This document shows positions 45,549 to 53,131 of a DNA stretch of 64,000 nucleotides, in pieces; position 1 is the first letter of the stretch, and each line of letters starts with the position of its first letter. The stretch is from assembly GCA_965659685.1 (NCBI GenBank), contig CBFHXB010000009.1, positions 17,508 to 81,507 of the forward strand, given 5' to 3'. Origin of the DNA: Candidatus Poseidoniaceae archaeon (GTDB taxonomy: Archaea; Thermoplasmatota; Poseidoniia; Poseidoniales; Poseidoniaceae). Under the pieces are notes generated by a model that was given only the letters and a program-made list of their open reading frames with translations, ran no database searches and was not told where the DNA came from. Both the position numbers and the translations under genes were made by a program.

Positions 45549-46271
45549 ATGCAACCCAGCGGACGAGGTTACGACCACGGAATCACCACCTTCAGCCCAG
45601 ACGGCCGACTCTTTCAGGTCGAATACGCCCGTGAATCCGTCAAGCGCGGCACCACCACGGCCGGTCTGAAGTTCCGCGACGGCGTGGTCCTGGTCTGCGA
45701 CAAGCGCATTGTTTCCCGCCTGATCATCCCCGAGTCCATCGAGAAGGTGTTCAAGGTCGACGAGCACGTTGGCGTCGCCACCTCAGGCCTTGTGGCCGAT
45801 GCTCGTCAATTGGTCGGACGCGCCCGCGTGGAAGCGCAAATCAACCGCATCACCTACGCCGACAGCATCCCTGTGGACGTTCTCGTGAAGAAAATCTGCG
45901 ACTTCAAGCAATCCTTCACCCAGTACGGTGGCTCCCGTCCCTTCGGCACCGCGCTCCTCATCGGTGGCGTGGACCCTGAGGGCATCCACCTCTACGAAAC
46001 GGACCCCTCCGGTGCCTACCAGAGCTACCACGCGGGTGCCATCGGCAGCGGCCGGAACACCGTCATCGAATTCTTTGAGCAGAAGTGGAAGGAGGGCCTG
46101 ACCCTCAACGCCGCGATGAAGCTCGGCCTGGAAGCATTGCAGCACGCCAACGACAGCAACCTGAACAGGGAGGCCGTCGAAGTTGCAACCATCACGGCAG
46201 AGGGCTACAACGTCCTCGACCGTGCGGCCGTGAACAAGCAGATCGACCGGCTCAAGCCCATCGACGAGTGA
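45549..46271 (+). CDS. psmA: proteasome alpha subunit
   Basis: Begins MQPSGRGYDHGITTFSPDGRLFQVEYARE. ATG at 45549 with ggagg 8 nt upstream. The upstream part of the track ORF is antisense to the Dph6 gene. Confidence 0.9.
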   Translation: MQPSGRGYDHGITTFSPDGRLFQVEYARESVKRGTTTAGLKFRDGVVLVCDKRIVSRLIIPESIEKVFKVDEHVGVATSGLVADARQLVGRARVEAQINRITYADSIPVDVLVKKICDFKQSFTQYGGSRPFGTALLIGGVDPEGIHLYETDPSGAYQSYHAGAIGSGRNTVIEFFEQKWKEGLTLNAAMKLGLEALQHANDSNLNREAVEVATITAEGYNVLDRAAVNKQIDRLKPIDE

Positions 46272-46285
46272 AGCGGTGACCGGCC

Positions 46286-46978
46286 ATGGTCTCCCTCGAT
46301 GACGCGGTGGTCGCGCGCTGGGAGTACGGTGGAAAACGGTACGAGGTGCTCCTCAGTCCCGAGTTGGTCGAAGCATTTCGCGAAGATCCTGATTCGGTCA
46401 GCCTCGATGACCTGATGGCCGTGGAGGACGTCTTTCACGACGCCCGCCAAGGTGAGCGGCCCACGGTGGACGATGTGGTGGCCACCTTCGGAACCGAAGA
46501 CATGGGCACCGTCACACGGACCATTCTCGAGCGCGGAAGCATCCAATTGACCACGGCTCAACGAAAGGCGCGGGTCGAGACCATGCGACAACGCATCATC
46601 CACCGCATTCACAGCGAAGCGGTCGACCCCCGTTCCAAGTCGCCTCATCCCAAGGCGCGTCTCGAACTTGCCCTCGAAGAAAGCCGCTTCTCCGTGGATC
46701 CGTTCAAACGACTCGAAGCCCAAGTCAAGGACGCCATTGCCGTGCTGAAACCGCTGATTCCCCTTTCTTTTGAGCGAATCAAATTGGCCTTCAAGGTCAG
46801 CGGTGCAGCGTACGGCCGTGCGCACCAGCTCCTTCGTGGAGACCTGCGGCGAGAGGAATGGCTTGGCGACGGCTCTTGGGTCGGTGTGGTGGACGTTCCT
46901 GCTGCAAGAAAAGCCGACCTCATCGGTGAAATCATGCGGCTAGACCGCGAAGCGGAAGTCAAAGAACTCCCATCGTAG
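46286..46978 (+). CDS. SBDS-family ribosome maturation protein
   Basis: 230 aa. Contains VVARWEYGGKRYEVLLSPELV and DVFHDARQGERP, with a three-domain SBDS-like layout. It sits directly after psmA, as in many archaea. Confidence 0.85.
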   Translation: MVSLDDAVVARWEYGGKRYEVLLSPELVEAFREDPDSVSLDDLMAVEDVFHDARQGERPTVDDVVATFGTEDMGTVTRTILERGSIQLTTAQRKARVETMRQRIIHRIHSEAVDPRSKSPHPKARLELALEESRFSVDPFKRLEAQVKDAIAVLKPLIPLSFERIKLAFKVSGAAYGRAHQLLRGDLRREEWLGDGSWVGVVDVPAARKADLIGEIMRLDREAEVKELPS

Positions 46979-46991
46979 GGAGGCAGGACGG

Positions 46992-47007
46992 TCAGGCCTT
47001 GGCCTGA
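46992..47007. terminator. GC-rich hairpin between convergent genes
   Basis: tcaggc-cttg-gcctga has a perfect 6-bp stem. A second inverted repeat, cgctgag...ctcagcg (47009-47036), follows. A function as a terminator is not established for archaea. Confidence 0.25.
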
Positions 47008-47030
47008 ACGCTGAGTCGCTGCGAAGAGCC

Positions 47031-48056
47031 TCAGCGGGAAGCGAGGGTGAGGTTCTTCCACATGTCCTCGGGGACTTCCATGGACAAACGCAGGCCACCC
47101 ATGGCGCCCAAGCGGACGGGGTCATCGACGACGTGAACGTTGACGTCACCCATGTCGGAGAGCCGGCGTTCGATCATCGCACCGAGGCCACGAATGCCAG
47201 AGCCGCCACCGGCCAGGACCATGTTGCGGCGGAATTCGTCGTGGAATTCTGGGTTCGAGCCCGCAATGAGCTTCTTGACGTTCTCAACGATGGGGTCAAC
47301 GATGGATTCGCATGCGCGCTGCACACAATCGGTGATGTCGAGGGTCATGGCTTTGCCTTCAATCGAGAAATCCACCATGATGGGGTCTTCAGGAGGGGAG
47401 GTGGAGACGAAGGAATGCTGTTCCTTCCAGCGGCGGGCCATGTCCTTGGTAACCTGAGCGCCGTTGTACTTGCCTTGGACTTCCTTGATGATCTGACCGT
47501 CGACGTAGTCGCCGGCGTATCCGGTGTGCATCTGGTCGCCAGGACCTGGGATGGTCCCATAGACGCGGCACAGGTCGGTGGTTCCCGCCCCGATGTCAAT
47601 GACGAGGGTGTGCTCGAGCATGTCGAGGGCGTAGGCCACCGCGAAGGGCTCGGAGATGATCATGGCCGCGTTGACGGAGCCTGCGGCTGCGTCGAAGATG
47701 GCGGTCTTGTCCACGTGGCTTGCTTCGGCCGGTGCGCCGATCACGGCGACAACACGGTCGTAGGTCTCAGGGTCGGAAAGTCCGATGAGGTGGGTGATGA
47801 AGTGAGCGATGTATTGCCGGTCTTCGGGCGTGTCTTTGATGACACCGAGTTCGAGGGGGCGATACAGGTTGAGGGCGAGTCGGTTCTTCAGGGCCTCTTC
47901 GCCAAACAGCACGTCGCGCTTCAGGAAATTGCGGGCAACAGGGTCTTTTGGCGTTCCAATGACGGTCAATTCTTCCACTTCGTGGGATGCAGAGGACACC
48001 ATGACGGAACGAAAGGTTCCGAGGTCGATTCCAATGTAAAGCGTCTCTTTGGCCAT
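47031..48056 (-). CDS. actin-fold ATPase (MreB/MamK/ParM-like cytoskeletal family)
   Basis: Has phosphate-1 LYIGIDLGTFRS, adenosine/phosphate-2 LVIDIGAGTTDL, and MVLAGGGSGIRGL. There is no Hsp70 substrate-binding domain. The start could instead be the ATG at 48089. Confidence 0.7.
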   Translation of the reverse strand: MAKETLYIGIDLGTFRSVMVSSASHEVEELTVIGTPKDPVARNFLKRDVLFGEEALKNRLALNLYRPLELGVIKDTPEDRQYIAHFITHLIGLSDPETYDRVVAVIGAPAEASHVDKTAIFDAAAGSVNAAMIISEPFAVAYALDMLEHTLVIDIGAGTTDLCRVYGTIPGPGDQMHTGYAGDYVDGQIIKEVQGKYNGAQVTKDMARRWKEQHSFVSTSPPEDPIMVDFSIEGKAMTLDITDCVQRACESIVDPIVENVKKLIAGSNPEFHDEFRRNMVLAGGGSGIRGLGAMIERRLSDMGDVNVHVVDDPVRLGAMGGLRLSMEVPEDMWKNLTLASR

Positions 48057-48107
48057 GGGCCAACGAGCGTGGTTTCGCTTATGAACCATCCCTTGGGCAA
48101 GTTGGGG

Positions 48108-49160
48108 TCAGCACCACGCATCACAGGTGTGGCAATACCATGCTGCATGCTCGGGGTAAAGTTCAGCCATGCCGGAGCAAGAGGTGCATTCTTTCTGAGC
48201 TTGGTCACCGAATATTTGCATCACGATGGACACGTGGTGATGGTCGTCGATGCCGAGTTGTTGTCGCATGGCCCAAAGCAGTTGATCCTCCGACGGTGAG
48301 ATGATGCCGTCCTCGAGCACCAGTTCAACGACGCTCCGGTAATCGTCGACCACCTGAATCTCGCGATGGTCAAGTCGAACGCCGCCCTTCTCAGCCACGA
48401 TGTCTTGACCGCCAGGGTCGTCCGCGAACACCACCAAGGAATTGGCCTTGAACGAGTCATCGCGGAGTTCCAGGTGAATGCTGCTCCCCTCAAGGTTGGC
48501 GTAAACCAAACGCGAATGACGGTTGATGGTGTTCGTGATCGACCGAGCCGTGTCCTCCTTTGTTCGTCCTCGACGCCATCCAGTCGGGCTGGATTCGTTG
48601 TAGGCGTAGAACTCGGTCCCGTATCCCGGATATTCCAAGCGCAGTTCCTCACCGCCGTCAAAATCGTTGGTCAGAATGTGGAAAGCTGCGATCCTTGTCG
48701 AGAGCAAATTGTCGTCGTCGTCGAAGCTGATCATCAGTGGTTTGCGTTCTTCGGCTGCTGCGTTGAACTGCCCTTGCATGCCGCTCATCCATTTGTCTTC
48801 GAGGCGCTTCAGGCTCGCTTCTTGTTCCCCAGAGAGCCCTGTCTCAATCCCGAGCATGCCGCGGAGTTCACCCGATTGGAGGTCTTGCTTGAACTGGTCG
48901 ATCAACTCAGTGTTGTAGTGGTGATCGTCACGTACAGGACCTGAATTTGAGTCAACGTGGTTGGGGTCTGCCCACTCGTATCGACACTTCGAACACGCCA
49001 AGTATCCGGTCAAGGTCGACGGCTGTGCGTCTCCACCACAGCGTGGGCAATCGCCCTCCTCGTTCACGGCCAAGTTGTCTGCGGCTTCGCGACGTCCTCG
49101 GCGGGGATTGAATCCAGCCATACCCCCCGAGGGACCGAGCCCGGACTTCAAGGTGTTCAT
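48108..49160 (-). CDS. hypothetical protein with N- and C-terminal zinc ribbons and a TerB-like helical segment
   Basis: 350 aa. Ribbons are CPRCGG...CSKCRYEW and CTSCSG...CHTCDAWC. VLEDGIISPSEDQLLWAMRQQLGI resembles TerB/DjlA-N-type helices. The start overlaps the upstream stop by 4 nt (ATGA). Confidence 0.5.
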   Translation of the reverse strand: MNTLKSGLGPSGGMAGFNPRRGRREAADNLAVNEEGDCPRCGGDAQPSTLTGYLACSKCRYEWADPNHVDSNSGPVRDDHHYNTELIDQFKQDLQSGELRGMLGIETGLSGEQEASLKRLEDKWMSGMQGQFNAAAEERKPLMISFDDDDNLLSTRIAAFHILTNDFDGGEELRLEYPGYGTEFYAYNESSPTGWRRGRTKEDTARSITNTINRHSRLVYANLEGSSIHLELRDDSFKANSLVVFADDPGGQDIVAEKGGVRLDHREIQVVDDYRSVVELVLEDGIISPSEDQLLWAMRQQLGIDDHHHVSIVMQIFGDQAQKECTSCSGMAELYPEHAAWYCHTCDAWC

Positions 49161-49981
49161 GCCGAAGGCGAAACGGCCTTTCTCCCATACCGAAGGACCC
49201 CGTCTTGGGCGTAGACACGTCGCACGACCAAACCCATCGTGTCATCGATGGCGACCTGACTTGGGAGTCCATCGACATGAAGGAAGACGCCCGAAGGGCC
49301 TTGGTCAAAGGCGAGGATCATGGACGTCAACCCACCGAGAAATGGCGCTCGAATCGCGAATTCCGACGGGCAACCCGCTGCGATCAGTTTCGTCCATGAC
49401 ACGACTCGGGCCGTCGTGGTCAGCAACGGACCTTGGGCCGGGGCAGACCCGTCCGACGTCGCCCCCCGGGGTGGCCACATGGGACCGGCCTGTGCTCGCA
49501 TGCCCAAACGGGCTTCCATGCCAAGGTCGTGGACTTGACCAGAAACGTAGGCGCCTTGAGAGACGTTGGTTTCCTTCATTTCACGGTTCCACGCATCGTG
49601 AATGGCCGTGTGGTCGTCAAGGTCCATGTCGATGCGCAGATTCGGGTCCACCGAAACCGCATGAGCGTCGAAATCATGGTTTCGTGGAAGGACGGCTGCG
49701 CCGTGTTTCATGCGGTGAAGGACAGCATCTGCATCGTCGTCGATTTGGAGCCATGGAAGGCTTGCCTGGACCACAGGGAGTTCGTGGTCGTTCAACGGAA
49801 CCGCCACAGACGTGCCGTGCCCCTTTCGATGCCATGCCTCAAGGGCGTCGATGATCATCGTCACGACGTCTTCATCGGGACCAAACACGCGACGTTCGTT
49901 AACGTGGAAACGGGACGCCGCCACGACCCCTTCGTCCAAATGATGCACAGCAACACCAAATTCACCGGCGGCAAGGATCAT
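49157..49981 (-). CDS. DUF35-type OB-fold protein (thiolase/HMGCS-associated family) with an atypical N-terminal domain
   Basis: The C-terminal segment TARVVSWTKLIAAGCPSEFAIRAPFLGGLTSMILAFDQGPSGVFLHVDG...IDDTMGLVVRRV fits the DUF35 OB pattern. The usual Zn ribbon is absent. The N-terminal VNERRVFGPDEDVVTMIIDALEAW is reminiscent of an HMG-CoA synthase N-terminus. There is an ATGA overlap with the thiolase stop. Confidence 0.45.
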   Translation of the reverse strand: MILAAGEFGVAVHHLDEGVVAASRFHVNERRVFGPDEDVVTMIIDALEAWHRKGHGTSVAVPLNDHELPVVQASLPWLQIDDDADAVLHRMKHGAAVLPRNHDFDAHAVSVDPNLRIDMDLDDHTAIHDAWNREMKETNVSQGAYVSGQVHDLGMEARLGMRAQAGPMWPPRGATSDGSAPAQGPLLTTTARVVSWTKLIAAGCPSEFAIRAPFLGGLTSMILAFDQGPSGVFLHVDGLPSQVAIDDTMGLVVRRVYAQDGVLRYGRKAVSPSA

Positions 49982-51147
49982 TCCAACGACCTCCCGAAGA
50001 CATGGACGGCACACGTGGCGCCCGAGCCACCGACGTTGTGCGTCAAGCCAACTTCGGCATCACGAACTTGACGTGGGCCGGCTTCGCCTCGGAGTTGCTT
50101 GAACACCTCGACCGCCTGACCCGCCCCGGTGGCGCCCAACGGATGCCCCTTGGCCTTCAGACCACCAGAGCCGTTGACCGTGGTTCGCCCTTCGTTCCGA
50201 CGGCCCTCACCGTCCCGAGCAAAGCGGCCGCCGTGCCCCGTTGGGGTGAGACCAAGGTCTTCTGTGGCCAACAGCTCAGCGACGGTAAAACAGTCGTGAA
50301 CCTCTGCCAAATCGAGGTCGGTGGCGGACAAACCGGATTGGGTGTAGGCCTGGGATGCCGCGGAGCGTGTGGCGGCCAGCGTGGTCAAGCTCGGACGATC
50401 GTGGAGCGCAAGATGGTCTGCAGCCGCACCGCTCCCTCGCATCCACACCGGAGTGTCCGTCAGGCGCCGTGCAACGTCTGCAGATGCAAGCACGACGCAC
50501 GCCGCACCGTCGGAGGTCGGGCAGCAATCGTAGAGGGTCAATGGGTCGGCGATCACCGTGCCTCCTGCCGCTTTCTCGAAGGACACGTCCTTCCTAAGGT
50601 GCGCATGAGGGTTCTCAAGCGCATGTGCGTGGTTCTTGACGCTGATGTGCACCAGGTCATCGTGCGTGGAGCCGTGTTCGTGCATGTGACGGCGCGCCAT
50701 GAGGGCGTAGGTTCCAGGGAAGGTCAAGCCGGCCAAGCGCTCCCATTCGGTGTCGCCCGAAACGCCAAGCCAGAAGCGCTTCCGTTCGGGCGTCAGGTCG
50801 TTCATCTTCTCAACCCCTCCAACCACGACCACGTCGGCACGGCCGCTCGCAATGGCCGCCCATCCGTCACGCAGGGCAAATCCGGAGGACGCGCACGCGT
50901 TTTCGATGCGACGTGCGGGGACCCCTGCCATGCCGGCGTGCTCTGCCAAGTAAGCAGCCGTGTTCCCAAGTTGCCCACCGCCAAAGGCCGTTGAGCCAAG
51001 GAAAACCTCGTCCACAGTGGATGGCGCAAGGTCACCGTCGATCGAGGAAAAACAGGACCTCACGGCTTCGGCCCACATGTCCTTCAGGGCACCCGGGTGG
51101 TTGCCGTAGGGCGTTTGACCCGCGCCGACCATGGCGACATCGACCAT
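49978..51147 (-). CDS. acetyl-CoA C-acetyltransferase (archaeal thiolase)
   Basis: 389 aa. Contains the active-site region RIENACASSGFAL, VHDCFTVAEL and NGSGGLKAKGHPLGATG. Confidence 0.9.
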   Translation of the reverse strand: MVDVAMVGAGQTPYGNHPGALKDMWAEAVRSCFSSIDGDLAPSTVDEVFLGSTAFGGGQLGNTAAYLAEHAGMAGVPARRIENACASSGFALRDGWAAIASGRADVVVVGGVEKMNDLTPERKRFWLGVSGDTEWERLAGLTFPGTYALMARRHMHEHGSTHDDLVHISVKNHAHALENPHAHLRKDVSFEKAAGGTVIADPLTLYDCCPTSDGAACVVLASADVARRLTDTPVWMRGSGAAADHLALHDRPSLTTLAATRSAASQAYTQSGLSATDLDLAEVHDCFTVAELLATEDLGLTPTGHGGRFARDGEGRRNEGRTTVNGSGGLKAKGHPLGATGAGQAVEVFKQLRGEAGPRQVRDAEVGLTHNVGGSGATCAVHVFGRSLE

Positions 51148-51230
51148 GTGTGTCCATCCACCCCCAGCACTTGACCATCACGGTAGCGCGGGCCGATGAT
51201 GCTATGAACCATGCGCGGGGGGGGGAAATC

Positions 51231-51914
51231 ATGCTGCGTCAGTGTCGAGAGCACGGTCATTTCAGCGGGACCAACTGCCCCGTTTGCAACGAAGAAGGGA
51301 AATTCATCATGTCCGACCGCGAAGCCAACGCCGTTGGCCGTATCCTCGCGCTCGTGTTGCGTCACGCTCCAGAGAAGTTCAACGTGGACATGGACATCAA
51401 CGGCTGGGTCGAAACCCGCGAATTGTCCAAGTCCATTGCGGACAGCCGCCGCCACCTCCACTGGGTCCGTGCATGGCACTTCGAAGCCATCGCAAACGCC
51501 GACGAAAAGGGCCGTTGGCAAGTTGAGAACGAGATGATCCGGGCCACCTACGGCCATTCCATCGAAATCGAACTCGACCTTCCCACCGACGACATCCCCG
51601 ATGCATTGTACTGGCCGTGTGAAGCGACCGAAGTTGAATCCTTGCTCAAGTTTGGTATCCTCTCCGGTGACCGCAAGCACATCCACTTGTCCCGCACGAT
51701 TGGCAACGCGCTCGAGGCCGGCCACGTTCGCATCAACCGACCCTCCGTCATTGAAGTGGACACCATCCGTGCCATCACCGACGGACACACGATTTACCGT
51801 GCAGGCACCACCGTCTTCCTGACCGAAGAAGTGCCTCCCTCGGCCTTGTTCCCGGTTGGAGAGGACGATCCAATCGTCCAGGAAACCTTCGCCCGGTGGG
51901 ACGAAGAAGAGTGA
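51231..51914 (+). CDS. kptA: RNA 2'-phosphotransferase (Tpt1/KptA) with an N-terminal Cys/His knuckle
   Basis: Contains ILALVLRHAPEKFNVDMDINGWV, HIHLSRT and VFLTEEVPPSAL. The N-terminus is CREHGHFSGTNCPVC. An alternative ATG lies at 51204. Confidence 0.75.
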   Translation: MLRQCREHGHFSGTNCPVCNEEGKFIMSDREANAVGRILALVLRHAPEKFNVDMDINGWVETRELSKSIADSRRHLHWVRAWHFEAIANADEKGRWQVENEMIRATYGHSIEIELDLPTDDIPDALYWPCEATEVESLLKFGILSGDRKHIHLSRTIGNALEAGHVRINRPSVIEVDTIRAITDGHTIYRAGTTVFLTEEVPPSALFPVGEDDPIVQETFARWDEEE

Positions 51915-52241
51915 TCACCGCGAACCGCAGGCTGGACAGAAGTCCAGCTCAGGGTCCAACAGGGCTCCGCATGATTCGCACACGCCTGCAGCCAGCGTGG
52001 ACATCGTTTCCCTGACTTCCGATTCAACGGTGCGTTGTTGGGGGCGAACCGAGACCGTCGGGTCCAGGCCCAAGCGAATCCGTTCGTCATGAACGGCGAC
52101 AAATCGCATGGCTTCCTGCAGGGCCGCCTGCAGCTGACGGCGACGCTGCTCGCGCTCAACGGCATCCGCAATGGTGTCCGTGGCTTCGAGTTCCGCCTGA
52201 AGATGGCGCATCAACACGTTGACCGTTGCTTCGTCGCCCAT
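51915..52241 (-). CDS. small coiled-coil protein with a C-terminal zinc ribbon
   Basis: CESCGALLDPELDFCPACG at the C-terminus. The start is uncertain, with ATG candidates at 52271, 52241 and 52211. Confidence 0.35.
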   Translation of the reverse strand: MGDEATVNVLMRHLQAELEATDTIADAVEREQRRRQLQAALQEAMRFVAVHDERIRLGLDPTVSVRPQQRTVESEVRETMSTLAAGVCESCGALLDPELDFCPACGSR

Positions 52242-52315
52242 GAAAGGACTTGGACAGCGGTCCGTCTTCAATCCTCGCGAGGCACCCTCATGAAGCGACG
52301 CTCCGTGGACCCACC

Positions 52316-53131
52316 ATGAGGCGCGCCGTGGTCGTCAAACTCGGCGGAGGCCTCATCACCGACAAAACGCGCCTGACCACCCTCCGACCCGACCTGCTGG
52401 GACGCTTGGCACAGGAGCTCGCCTCCGCGGTCGCTGCTGGTGTGGACGTGCTCGTGGTTCACGGTGCGGGTTCCTTCGGGCATCTTCGGGCCAAAGCATG
52501 GTCCCTTGCAAACGGCAAGTCCGACGTCCAAGGCGACGACGGATGCGCGAGCCAAGAGGAGGCGGTCAACTTGGTCCGGGAGGACATGATCACACTGTCT
52601 GAGCACGTCTGCGGAGCCTTGCAGCGGGCCGGACTGACCACCAACGCTCATCCACCCCATCGTTGGGCGATGGGCGTTGGCCCGTCGTTCGAGGGCGACA
52701 TTCTGCCGCTCCGGCCCTCATCGAATGTCCCGGTGACGTGGGGCGATGTGGTTCCCGTTCCAGGAGAGGCCGCGTTTGGCATCCTCTCCGGGGATGACCT
52801 CGTCCACCGATGTGCGGTTGAACTGCCGAACGTCACCCGTGTGGTGTTCGCCATGGGCGGCGCGGACGGTGTCCTTCGTCGGCCTCCAGACGTCGCCACG
52901 GAGGCAGACCTGATCACCGAGTGGAACGACGACGCGTCCTTCGAAGGACATCACGCGAACGAGATGGACGTGACCGGAGGCATTGGACTCAAGGTCGAAC
53001 GGGCACGTAGCATTGCCTCGCACGGCATCGAAACGCTGTTTGTCAACGGCGAGGTTCCTGGTCGGCTTGAGGCGGCCCTGACGGGACAGCCCGTCCGTGG
53101 AACCCGTTTTCCATCCGAGCAGAAGGGATGA
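52316..53131 (+). CDS. ipk: isopentenyl phosphate kinase
   Basis: Begins MRRAVVVKLGGGLITDK. Contains VVHGAGSFGH and the amino-acid-kinase fold pattern. The stop overlaps the next start (ATGA at 53128-53131). Confidence 0.8.
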   Translation: MRRAVVVKLGGGLITDKTRLTTLRPDLLGRLAQELASAVAAGVDVLVVHGAGSFGHLRAKAWSLANGKSDVQGDDGCASQEEAVNLVREDMITLSEHVCGALQRAGLTTNAHPPHRWAMGVGPSFEGDILPLRPSSNVPVTWGDVVPVPGEAAFGILSGDDLVHRCAVELPNVTRVVFAMGGADGVLRRPPDVATEADLITEWNDDASFEGHHANEMDVTGGIGLKVERARSIASHGIETLFVNGEVPGRLEAALTGQPVRGTRFPSEQKG

